Of a stretch of 64,000 bases of DNA, positions 47,927-57,051 are shown piece after piece. The stretch is from contig PHAI01000003.1 of NCBI GenBank assembly GCA_002840305.1, positions 134,908 through 198,907 on the forward strand. Direction: 5' to 3'. Source of the DNA: Candidatus Falkowbacteria bacterium HGW-Falkowbacteria-1. Its GTDB lineage: Bacteria; Patescibacteriota; Patescibacteriia; Patescibacteriales; UBA12465. The notes below the pieces were generated by a model. That model made no database searches. It was not told the DNA's origin and was given only the letters and a program-made list of their open reading frames with translations. Numbering within the stretch: position 1 is the first letter of the stretch; the number at the start of each line of letters is the position of its first letter. A program made the position numbers and the translations under genes.

Positions 47927-48563
47927 GTCCAGCGTTCTCAAAAACCAGTGCAATCTGTTTCCGGAATTTTCCTTGCTGGCCTGTGGCTGGAAACGGGATA
48001 GTAATATCCTTATTGGCAACATTAAACCCTGCCGATTTAAGTGGCACCATCAGTAGTCGACAGATGTTCGCTTTCACTAGAATTATAGGCACCTTTTTAT
48101 CGGGAGTAAGGATATCCAAATCTTTCAGGAGTGATTTGTATCAGGCCATAATTGCACCGTCACGATATTTACCCTCTTTGTGGTGATTGACCGGAGTATA
48201 AGTTGCGTCAACGATAATAAATCCTTTTTTAGCGAATTCGACCAAACCGCTCGCCTTATCAATCGGCTTATAACCAATCAACTCCATCATTGCCTTAAAG
48301 AGTGGCTCGGTGGTTTCGCCTTCTGGATCATAAAAATATTTGCCTGATTTTGGCGGTGACTCCAAAATAAAAATTGTTTTGATATTTTCCGGCTTATACT
48401 TATTGCGTTTAGTAATATATTCTTTGTGCTGTTTTCTCTCTTCTGCATACTGGTCATACATCAATGCGGCCATCATGGACATCTCGTCCCTGATCTTCTC
48501 GACTTCCGCATCAGAAAGATTCGGATTATTTAAAAGTTTTTTTGCTCGTTCAATGCTTAACAT
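47910..48563 (-). pseudogene. Gene interrupted by one in-frame TGA; possible uracil-DNA-glycosylase-like fold
   Basis: ORFs 48141..48563 and 47910..48119 share a frame: ...DGAIMA*YKSLLKDLDILTPDKK...; motifs FILESPP and IPFP resemble UDG-superfamily motifs A and B. Confidence 0.6.
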
Positions 48564-48574
48564 AAAATTGATGA

Positions 48575-48730
48575 CTATTTTTCTTGCTTTGATTTTTTAT
48601 CACTGGATGACTTCTCTGGATCGGACAACGAAATTAGCAAATCCCAAAGCTGACGTACTCGGTCCTTCTTGTCAGGTGCTTCTTTATAAACCATTTCAAC
48701 CTTAAATTTTGGATTTCGTTTTTTTCTCAT
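48575..48730 (-). CDS. Small hypothetical protein (51 aa; not in the ORF track)
   Basis: MRKKRNPKFKVEMVYKEAPDKKDRVRQLWDLLISLSDPEKSSSDKKSKQEK*; fills the gap in the operon. Confidence 0.45.
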   Translation of the reverse strand: MRKKRNPKFKVEMVYKEAPDKKDRVRQLWDLLISLSDPEKSSSDKKSKQEK

Positions 48731-49340
48731 TTGTTTTATTTTGCTCAGCTACCCTCTGTTTGTAGTCCTCGGCCCATTTAGCAACCTGCTGATCATATTC
48801 CTCCGACTCGCTTGGTGGCACATCTTTATCAATCTTTAGAAACCGATAATTATCCTCCCTTAAGAAAACGGTAAAGTGTGGTTTGCCGGCGTCATTTAAA
48901 ATGACCCGAGCCTTAAGATCACCTTTACGAACAAGTGATCGAGCGGTGTTTTGATGGATACCAAACATATCCTTCAAGTCGTCGAATGAAAACCGTCTCG
49001 CTTTATTTCTACAAACCGAACTCGGAATGACTCCCTCTCTTAACGCTCTTTGGCAAAATTTACACTTATATCCAAATTTATCAAACCACGACTCCTGCAT
49101 AGACATATAAAGACCACAAAAATTGCATGTACCCCATTCAGCATTTATTGCCCATCCATCAGGCTCTTTTTCCAAACGCAGATGATCCTGTATATCCTTA
49201 AAGGCCATTTTTGACAGAGTGTCGTAATAACCAACTAGATTGAAAGCGGCATCGTGCAGTTCCTGATCATTAAGATCAGCATTAAAATCCTTTTTATAAA
49301 TTTGTCTTAATTCTTCAAGTCTTTCTTTGGAGATTTTCAT
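48702..49340 (-). CDS. Zn-finger plus HTH hypothetical protein
   Basis: CNFC...CKFC; FSFDDLKDMFGIHQNTARSLVRKGDLKA resembles an excisionase/MerR-type HTH. Confidence 0.7.
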   Translation of the reverse strand: MKISKERLEELRQIYKKDFNADLNDQELHDAAFNLVGYYDTLSKMAFKDIQDHLRLEKEPDGWAINAEWGTCNFCGLYMSMQESWFDKFGYKCKFCQRALREGVIPSSVCRNKARRFSFDDLKDMFGIHQNTARSLVRKGDLKARVILNDAGKPHFTVFLREDNYRFLKIDKDVPPSESEEYDQQVAKWAEDYKQRVAEQNKTNEKKTKSKI

Positions 49341-49350
49341 AATTTACAAA

Positions 49351-49527
49351 TTATAGAAGTTCCTCGAGATCGACGGCGTCGTCTTCATCCATACCTAAAT
49401 CTTCCATTATTTCCTGAACACGCTCGGCCGTGTCTTTATCAAGATCATGACTTTCCATAAGCTCGACGACTTCCTCGTCCGGAGCTTCTTCTTGTTCGTT
49501 TTCTATTGGATTATTATCATCAGACAT
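49351..49527 (-). CDS. Small highly acidic protein (58 aa; not in the ORF track)
   Basis: MSDDNNPIENEQEEAPDEEVVELMESHDLDKDTAERVQEIMEDLGMDEDDAVDLEELL*; starts 2 bp after the upstream stop. Confidence 0.8.
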   Translation of the reverse strand: MSDDNNPIENEQEEAPDEEVVELMESHDLDKDTAERVQEIMEDLGMDEDDAVDLEELL

Positions 49528-49529
49528 AA

Positions 49530-49835
49530 TTACTTCTTTTTATTTTGATATTCCAACAGTTTCTCGGCCGGTGAAATACCACCAAGAATTTTGTGTGGAA
49601 AATAATTCCAAGCGTCAGTTACTAGTTCGAGAACATTGCTTAATTCCGAAGCATCTCCGCCTCGATCAAACATGGCGACAACTTTCATCATGTCGTCGTT
49701 ATCTTCTTCGTGAAAAATAACATCTCGGATATGATCCAAAGTAAAATCGCTCTCGGTTTCTTTGAGCATATCCATGAGTTCCTGTTCAATCTCTTTCCGG
49801 CGTTCTAAAATTTGTTGTTTTGATTCGGTTTGCAT
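49530..49835 (-). CDS. Hypothetical protein
   Basis: 101-aa ORF with DAWNYFPH..LGG.SPAE motif, tightly packed in the operon. Confidence 0.8.
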   Translation of the reverse strand: MQTESKQQILERRKEIEQELMDMLKETESDFTLDHIRDVIFHEEDNDDMMKVVAMFDRGGDASELSNVLELVTDAWNYFPHKILGGISPAEKLLEYQNKKK

Positions 49836-49838
49836 AAT

Positions 49839-50882
49839 TTATTCAAGAATATCCTTGGACTTATAGAAGGGATTAAACAATACCCCTGTCATGGCACGCA
49901 TCATAGCTCTTTGCGTTGCAGTCACAAAAGCAATCGCCTTGCCATATTCACCATCTTTTATCATTTGTAGTATTTCTACTTTACTGTTTTTGAACTCATT
50001 AGACTCAAGAGTTCTTTTTAAGCTTTCAAGGATTTCTTCTTCCGTCTGATCTGGCATCGACCTGACTCCCTCGGCTAAAGAATTTGCATCTTCATTCGCG
50101 AGACAGATAGCCGAAATCTTTTTTGAAACCTCATCTGAAAATATAGCCCGAACACACTCAACCTGACCTTCATCAAGAAACCCTCCTGCCGGTGGACTGA
50201 AAGCAAACTTATCAAAAAGTGGTAAAGCTTGAAAAGACATGGGGAAATTTACCACAAAACCCATCGCCGTCAGACGAATTACCCTAAGTAATAATTCAGT
50301 ACCTGTCTGCATACCAGTCTCACTGAAACTAGTAATATTGCTATTTCTTAGTGAAGTGTGAGTATGCAAAGCACCCTGCGTATGCATAAAACCAGAAAGC
50401 TCTTTATACAAAGATTTAACCTCTTTATTCCAGTCCAGTTTTTCATCAAGTATCTTAAAGCCCGGGCTCTTTTCACCAAGTTTTTGAAGCATGTCGCCAA
50501 CTCCCGGGGTGTGATCTTTTCCGTTAAGCCATTTCTGAAAATTTTCCTTATCTTCATTTACGAAATTATAGAGAGCAAAAATATTTAATTCCAAAAAACT
50601 TCTTAGCGACCTGAAGCTGTCTTTGTAAAATCCCATCATCATCAACAAGATTGCTGAATCTAAATCCTGATCAGCTTCAAAAAATATATGATGCCATGGT
50701 TGAATTGTTTTAAATTCATCACCGGATCCTCCAAATATTGGGATTGCAAAAGATAATTGATTCAGGCCACCAAGAGCTTTATCTATATCGTTTTTAATTG
50801 AGCCATGCGACTCCAACCATGTCTTACTTGTCTCGACAGTAGATTCTAAACCTTTTGTTTGTTTTAAATAAATATCGAGCAT
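49839..50882 (-). CDS. Hypothetical protein with HEPN-like helical domain
   Basis: LRSFLE and LYKELSGFMH motifs; probable ATG start 50882. Confidence 0.55.
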   Translation of the reverse strand: MLDIYLKQTKGLESTVETSKTWLESHGSIKNDIDKALGGLNQLSFAIPIFGGSGDEFKTIQPWHHIFFEADQDLDSAILLMMMGFYKDSFRSLRSFLELNIFALYNFVNEDKENFQKWLNGKDHTPGVGDMLQKLGEKSPGFKILDEKLDWNKEVKSLYKELSGFMHTQGALHTHTSLRNSNITSFSETGMQTGTELLLRVIRLTAMGFVVNFPMSFQALPLFDKFAFSPPAGGFLDEGQVECVRAIFSDEVSKKISAICLANEDANSLAEGVRSMPDQTEEEILESLKRTLESNEFKNSKVEILQMIKDGEYGKAIAFVTATQRAMMRAMTGVLFNPFYKSKDILE

Positions 50883-50900
50883 ATTTTTATAGTCCAAGCT

Positions 50901-52400
50901 TCATATACTTGTCGATCTTAAGACTCTCCAAATTTCAACCATCGCCAAAGTATCAAGGTGGCAATAATCTTTTAATGCTTGTATTTTCATATTTTTATCA
51001 TCCTCAGAATATTCCCCGGACACAATACGATTCCAAGTATCTGAAGCAGTCCCACCTTCTTGAATATGCATGTTTTTATACGAGAGATGTGGAACGAGGG
51101 CGGGTAAAACATATTTGATCGATGCACTGCCTTTGAATTCGGGATGGTCGTACATTGTTGTCTTACCGAAAAATGGAATCATTAAATCAACAACACGATC
51201 GTTAACATTTTGCATAAAGTCCTTATACTCAGACAAACGTTCGCCGAGCTGTTTATTAATGCCTTGCTCGAATTTTTGATTCCACACAATAACACTTCCT
51301 GTCTTCGGGAGATGTTTTTTTAATGCTTCTGAAAAATATTCGTCTGGACAGTCTTGGTCTGTATAAATAAAGTCATAATGGACAGACTCGCTTTCTGGAG
51401 ATTCAATCACATGGAGTGAAAACTGAAATGGAATCTGCTGGTATGGTCGATATCTATTATATTTTGGTATCGCAGAGGGGTATGTTTCGTAATCAAGAAA
51501 AGCTAGGGGGTATTTCATCGTCTCCAAAAATTCTGAAATGCCTTTTTTATCAATATACTCTTTGCCGGATTGTGCGGTATTTACTTGTCTTCGTTGGTTA
51601 TCAGATAATTCAAAATCATCCGGAACATCGTGGATATTAAAAATATTATTATCCACCAACTCCGTCAGTTTTTTCTTGTGGATTCGTGCAATCGCGTGAA
51701 CAGGATACTCCGGGAGATCTGAATTTGAATACCACGAAGTTGTGCAGTGAGAATTTCGTCCTTTTAATATACAATCACAATGTCCATGAGGCTCTTTTTC
51801 TTTAGACAACAGTTCGTGAGCACCTTCCATTTTTTGTCTGATATCCTCAAGGTTTTTATTTACTTGCTCGGTTAAATTTTCAATTAAAAATAATTCTTTC
51901 AAATTAATATCTCCAGTGCGGACATACTCTTTATTGAGTCTAATAAGATTGAGAGTTCCCACTTGAATACCTAAATCACTCAAAACATTTTTCTGGAAAG
52001 CCATGTCTATCAAATAATCTTCAGTCTTTCTTCCGCCATCTTCTTCGGAAGCTGTCGATGACTTTACCTCATATAGATCATAGATATTTGTATCTGAATT
52101 CCAAACAAAAATATCAGAAGCTGTAATGTATTTCTCGGTAGTAAAAACTGGCTGATAAATAACCGGCGTCTTGTCGGCCATAAGTTTATTTGTAAGTTCT
52201 GTGTCGTCGCGAGATTCAACAAACATCCCGTTGGGAAAAAGACCACGAGCAAGTTCGTCAATTTGATTGCCAGTATCAATGATATTTAATTCAAAAGAAG
52301 AAAGCTGTTTTTTCTTATATATTTCTGGTTTGTGAACTTTAAGCCAAGCATTCTTGGCACAATCAAGGCATATTAAAAAATTAGTTTTTGATAATTTCAT
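50901..52400 (-). CDS. DUF2779 protein (PD-(D/E)XK-like N-terminus plus DEDD/RNase H-like C-terminus)
   Basis: LSK..F....C.K..WL, DI...YEVKSST, FLDYET, PYQQIPFQFSLH, SIKYVLPAL, YC.LDT.AM. Confidence 0.85.
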   Translation of the reverse strand: MKLSKTNFLICLDCAKNAWLKVHKPEIYKKKQLSSFELNIIDTGNQIDELARGLFPNGMFVESRDDTELTNKLMADKTPVIYQPVFTTEKYITASDIFVWNSDTNIYDLYEVKSSTASEEDGGRKTEDYLIDMAFQKNVLSDLGIQVGTLNLIRLNKEYVRTGDINLKELFLIENLTEQVNKNLEDIRQKMEGAHELLSKEKEPHGHCDCILKGRNSHCTTSWYSNSDLPEYPVHAIARIHKKKLTELVDNNIFNIHDVPDDFELSDNQRRQVNTAQSGKEYIDKKGISEFLETMKYPLAFLDYETYPSAIPKYNRYRPYQQIPFQFSLHVIESPESESVHYDFIYTDQDCPDEYFSEALKKHLPKTGSVIVWNQKFEQGINKQLGERLSEYKDFMQNVNDRVVDLMIPFFGKTTMYDHPEFKGSASIKYVLPALVPHLSYKNMHIQEGGTASDTWNRIVSGEYSEDDKNMKIQALKDYCHLDTLAMVEIWRVLRSTSI

Positions 52401-54706
52401 ACATTGGATGGATTAAGAGGCGTTTGGGGAGTAATAATATTTTTTCTATCGTTGAGTTGAATGATGACAGGCTGTTTAAGCTTGAGCCCCTTACCAATAG
52501 CAATAGCATGTCTTTCCTCGAGAGTTGCAAGAGTATCGGCATAATCCTCCCCGATATAATTTTCCAAAAATCCCTTTCCCGTATCGTCAAAAACTCGTAA
52601 GGCAAAAATGGTATTACATTGATTGAGAATACTTTTACTAACATTTGCCGTTCTTTGTGTAATAACCAAAGAACCCAATCCATATTTTCTGCCTTGCAAA
52701 ATAACCTTGGCCGTTCCATTTGTAGCACTTTTATCACCCTCACTTGCAACTGAATTCCATTCAGGGATTAACGAGTGTGCTTCTTCAAAAACGAGTAATA
52801 CCTTTGCTTTCTTTTCATCAGCTAACGGAATTTTCATCAAAATCTTAAAAAGTTCTTCAGCAACAACTCTTGTTTTTTCCGCTTGAGTGAGATCGGTAGT
52901 ATTTACATTAAAACCAATTTTTTCACCCCTTGATGCCTTATGGTAGTCCACGTTATAAATACGGACTTGTTTAGTAGTTTCAAATTCCTTTGGATCTGGC
53001 ACATCGTCAGTACCAAAAAGAAACTGGCATAAATCTTTATGGATTGCTTCTTTATATTCGCTTACGTTTCCGCTCTTTTCTGGATTCTGCTTCTGTCCTT
53101 CGGTATGAATATACTCATACTTCGTGTTGATCGTATTAAAAGCATTTTCATCGTCAGAAGTTATTGCGGTCGTGGTCGGCAAATAGACTGGGAGTTCTCT
53201 TTTGTACTCATTGGTTATATCAATACATATCACTTTAATTTTCTCTTCAGCCACCCTTTTCATAAGCTCGTAAGCTAAACAAGATTTACCAATCCCAAGA
53301 ATACCTAAAATTGCAGTGTTATGAGTAACCAGCGAACTGATATCTTTTATCGGAATCTCTAAATCTGTATCCGGGAGGCGACCGATAGAATTTTGTGCAA
53401 TTTCTTTAATTCTAGCCTCAGAAACACTGCCAGAAAAAGCATAGAAAAGTGGGGAGAAAATTGAAGGCATCCATTTGCTCACGTCCAAATCTTTCGTGTC
53501 TTTTTTATACTTTCCTAGTTTTCTAGCGATGCCAATTATGAAGCCATGCCGGTCAAAATTCTCAAGGTGTTCTTCTTTCGCGTTGCCATTTATGACTTGA
53601 TAGAGAGTTTCTTGCCCATAGATTAAAGTCTTTAGAATTGCACCCTCGCTAATTTTTTGCTCAAGTTTATTAGCCTCTCTGACAATTGAGAAGTTAATTG
53701 TATTTATGTTTGAACCGCTTGATACATACCCTATAAATTGTTCTCTATCCTTGTACAGAGGATTACCCTCAATTTTTGTTTTTAGAGAGTCATCGAGTGT
53801 GGAAATATCTAAAAGGTATACTAAATTTTCTTTGGCGAAAACTGACTTTGACTCAGTTATCATCTTCTTGTCTTTCAGATTTATTTTGAGAATGTCACCG
53901 CCCTCGTCTTGCACGATGTATATGCTTAACCACCTTTTGTTTAAAAGATACTTCGTATCCACCACCATTCCGATCGATCCAACATTGACTGATGTCTCTA
54001 AGGCAACTAAATCGCCATATTTTACTGGCTTTGAGCTGTGCTTCGTGTAGTCAATTTCAACTTTATAAAGTAGTGGATTTTCACAACCGATCGCTTGCCC
54101 TAGCTCATCTCCAATTTTATTTCCTAAATAATTAACTAATTTAGAAACTCTTTCTACCGCCAATCCAATGACATCAAAGAATGTCAAACAAATCCAAAAA
54201 GTGATTATACCTATGAAGGCGATTATTTTCTCTGGCACTGCAAAATATGAGTAAGAAGCAGACAGATACACGACAGAAAAGATCACCTTCGATGCACCAA
54301 AACTTTCTACGAACCAATACAGGCTTTTGCTAATCTTTCGCCAAAAATCTGTTTTTGCATCTTTAAGAATAATAGTGATAATCCCAAGGATAAGGATTGC
54401 CACGGCATAATAGAAAATAAAAGTGTATCCAAAAAGAGCTTGCTTGTTCGACAGGCCGAATAATGCAATTAGAACGGCAGTTGAGTTTGCAATTGCATCT
54501 GACGGCTTCGTAAAAAATGGCTCGACGATATATGCACCCAAAATAATCATGAACGCACCAGAGTAAAACCAGATGCTGGAATCAATGTTCGTGTCCCATG
54601 CAAGATTTCCGATAGTGCCTCCAACTATTTTGAAAAGAGCAAAAAGAATAACGATGTATGAAAACGCTACGATTATTCTTTGGTTTTGTGAGAGATTTGT
54701 ATTCAT
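52397..54706 (-). CDS. HerA/DUF87-like ATPase with N-terminal multi-TM domain
   Basis: About 6 TMs in the first 190 aa; H.AILGILGIGKS (Walker A), VFEEAH (Walker B), GRKYG...ITQR, ILNQCNT. Confidence 0.88.
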   Translation of the reverse strand: MNTNLSQNQRIIVAFSYIVILFALFKIVGGTIGNLAWDTNIDSSIWFYSGAFMIILGAYIVEPFFTKPSDAIANSTAVLIALFGLSNKQALFGYTFIFYYAVAILILGIITIILKDAKTDFWRKISKSLYWFVESFGASKVIFSVVYLSASYSYFAVPEKIIAFIGIITFWICLTFFDVIGLAVERVSKLVNYLGNKIGDELGQAIGCENPLLYKVEIDYTKHSSKPVKYGDLVALETSVNVGSIGMVVDTKYLLNKRWLSIYIVQDEGGDILKINLKDKKMITESKSVFAKENLVYLLDISTLDDSLKTKIEGNPLYKDREQFIGYVSSGSNINTINFSIVREANKLEQKISEGAILKTLIYGQETLYQVINGNAKEEHLENFDRHGFIIGIARKLGKYKKDTKDLDVSKWMPSIFSPLFYAFSGSVSEARIKEIAQNSIGRLPDTDLEIPIKDISSLVTHNTAILGILGIGKSCLAYELMKRVAEEKIKVICIDITNEYKRELPVYLPTTTAITSDDENAFNTINTKYEYIHTEGQKQNPEKSGNVSEYKEAIHKDLCQFLFGTDDVPDPKEFETTKQVRIYNVDYHKASRGEKIGFNVNTTDLTQAEKTRVVAEELFKILMKIPLADEKKAKVLLVFEEAHSLIPEWNSVASEGDKSATNGTAKVILQGRKYGLGSLVITQRTANVSKSILNQCNTIFALRVFDDTGKGFLENYIGEDYADTLATLEERHAIAIGKGLKLKQPVIIQLNDRKNIITPQTPLNPSNV

Positions 54707-54735
54707 TCTCTTTTTTTATATCGCTTTTCAATGAG

Positions 54736-57051
54736 TTAGAACTTTAACTCATTCCACTCACTCCACTCGCCATGCTCGCACTTTTCCCAATCGAAAGACT
54801 TGCTGTCGTTAATCAGCCAAGCTCGATTGCGTTGAATGACAATACCGCCAAAAAGCTTCTTGTTGCCTGAGTTAGCGATATATTTCTGCAAAGCTTCGGC
54901 CTTGGCTTTGGTGTAGGTTTTACCGTCACGATCACCGGTATCCTTAACTTCAAGTAATCCTAGACGACCGTCTGACAGTTTAACTAAATAGTCAGGATAA
55001 AAAGTGCTTATACTTCCGGCATACTCGTATTTAACGCCAAAATAATCCTGTTTATTTTCTCCGTTCTTCCACCACCAATCTATTTTTGAAGCGTTGGTGT
55101 TTAAGAATGTTTCAAACTCTCGTTCCGGATTGGATCGGTCCGTATTCAGATAGCATGGCTCAAAGGCATAGTTTTTAACCTTAACAATCTCATCGGTATG
55201 CTCGTTGTAGAATGACTCGGTTGGGAGTTCAAAAGCATATCTCTGTTCGCTTTCCTCTACACGCTCACGGACTTCCTGCTCTTTTACGAAAACATACTGG
55301 CCGATAGCTTTGGATAAGACATGTTCAAACACGACCCTATTTTTAGCGTGCAAGAATACCTGTTGCGTTAAAAGCGATGGATCAGACCAATCTTCGGCAC
55401 CGAGCGTCTTATTAAACCAAATGTAGATGGCTGTCTTAACTGCTGGAACAGAACGCTTAATATTTTTGAACGGTCCGAGATTATTTTTAATGACTTGCTC
55501 AAAGAAAATCTGTAGTTCATCAACGGCCACATTCAACTTGGCCATAGCGTCAGCGTCAATTTTACCCTCAAGCTCATCAAAGCTTTTTACATCAACAGCA
55601 GTATCTGCGATTAGTTCTTGCTGGTATTTTTTAATATCCAAATTAATACCCTTGGCTTCAACGGTCTTTATATTATCTTTGGTTTTATCGCCTTTCTTAA
55701 TACCAAAATAATCATTCGCCATTTTCTCAAATACTGAGCCAAAGCTGGAGGTGACATCTCCATAATCAGCACGAGATTTATAATATGACTCAATCTTAAT
55801 CGGTTTATACTCCTTAATGCGTGTAGCCTTAAGGTGCTTGATGATGTTCGGATTGTATTCTTCTTTTTTAACAGAGATGGATTGGAGATTGGTATAAATA
55901 TAGCCACGGTTCAAAGCTTCGTTGCCATAGTGCTTCTGCTCGGGCATACGCAAAATACGGCCGACAGTCTGTATTTCAAAAACTATATTGTGAGTCTCGC
56001 GGAATTTAACCAAGATGTGGGCTCGAGGACAATCCCAGCCGGTATCAATAGCTTGTTTGAAAATAAGAAACTCAATCTCATTGTTCGGTTCAGAAATCCA
56101 ATCAATCGTGTCAGATTTTTGCTCAGCTAACCAAATGGCCATTCTCCCATTTTTCTCAGTTATACCTTTCTCGGCTAAAAACTTTTTAACCGCTTCAATT
56201 TTTTGTTCGCCAGCTTCAGCAGTAGGAATCTGCACTAAAACTAAAGGATTGATATTTGATCCTTCTTTTTCAAAAGCTTTTTTAAGCTCGAGACGCTTGC
56301 GGTAGGAAGCTTCAAGAACAGCCGTTTGGGAGTCTTCTTCGGACTTGGCAATTTTTTCTATATCTTCATTGATAATCAGTTCCTTTTTGATCATGCCTTC
56401 CTCGATGACATCTTTAGGATTAACCTTCACATAGCCAGCTTTGGTTTCAAACAGATCAGCAACAGTCGGCATTAATTTTGGTGTAGCACTCATTTCCATA
56501 ACAAGATCAGCCGAAATAATCTGTCGCAATTCTTGTGCTCTTTCGCTGGTAGCGTTGGTATGACTCTCATCAATAATCAAGATGATCTTTCTTTGCTCTC
56601 TGGTCTTTTCTAAGACATCCCGAAAATTCAATTTTTCGCCATCTTTCATCAAAAGCACTTTCCATTCACCAGTCTTGCCATCCTTGCTTCGTAGTTTTTC
56701 CCAGTTAGCCACCACAACTTCATTTTGAACAATTCGTTCTCGTCCACCGAGAAACTCTTCCTCGGCTAAAGTAACCCGAGGGAAACCGGCAAAAACTTTT
56801 TCCAAAGAATGTTTGCTCTGCAAATGCAATTCGCCTTTGCCTATACTCATCCAAACAAAGCAAATGTCGTCATTAGGGAGTTCTTTGATAAGCCCCTCAA
56901 TGAATTTAGCGGTCATAATTGTCTTGCCGGAACCTGTGGGAGCCTGAAAGACCAAGGCTTCGCCCGGGCCATCAAAATCTAAAAGTTTAACAGCTGTTTC
57001 AATTAGCTGATTAACGGCTTTTTCTTGATATGGTTTGAGATTAATATTCAT
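54736..57051 (-). CDS. res: Type III restriction endonuclease subunit
   Basis: APTGSGKT, IIDESH, SATP, GWDCPRA, QTVGRILR, C-terminal FYPDY...LEVK. Confidence 0.9.
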   Translation of the reverse strand: MNINLKPYQEKAVNQLIETAVKLLDFDGPGEALVFQAPTGSGKTIMTAKFIEGLIKELPNDDICFVWMSIGKGELHLQSKHSLEKVFAGFPRVTLAEEEFLGGRERIVQNEVVVANWEKLRSKDGKTGEWKVLLMKDGEKLNFRDVLEKTREQRKIILIIDESHTNATSERAQELRQIISADLVMEMSATPKLMPTVADLFETKAGYVKVNPKDVIEEGMIKKELIINEDIEKIAKSEEDSQTAVLEASYRKRLELKKAFEKEGSNINPLVLVQIPTAEAGEQKIEAVKKFLAEKGITEKNGRMAIWLAEQKSDTIDWISEPNNEIEFLIFKQAIDTGWDCPRAHILVKFRETHNIVFEIQTVGRILRMPEQKHYGNEALNRGYIYTNLQSISVKKEEYNPNIIKHLKATRIKEYKPIKIESYYKSRADYGDVTSSFGSVFEKMANDYFGIKKGDKTKDNIKTVEAKGINLDIKKYQQELIADTAVDVKSFDELEGKIDADAMAKLNVAVDELQIFFEQVIKNNLGPFKNIKRSVPAVKTAIYIWFNKTLGAEDWSDPSLLTQQVFLHAKNRVVFEHVLSKAIGQYVFVKEQEVRERVEESEQRYAFELPTESFYNEHTDEIVKVKNYAFEPCYLNTDRSNPEREFETFLNTNASKIDWWWKNGENKQDYFGVKYEYAGSISTFYPDYLVKLSDGRLGLLEVKDTGDRDGKTYTKAKAEALQKYIANSGNKKLFGGIVIQRNRAWLINDSKSFDWEKCEHGEWSEWNELKF

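Noticed and set aside
48141..48143. TGA recoding (genetic code 25 or selenocysteine)
   Set aside because: TGA is a normal stop for the HerA-like, DUF2779 and DUF5659 genes, and long genes have no internal TGA
49839..52400. Read-through fusion of DUF2779 with the next in-frame ORF
   Set aside because: DUF2779 ends right after its usual terminal YC.LDT motif, and the next gene has its own AAAAAT-ATG start at 50882
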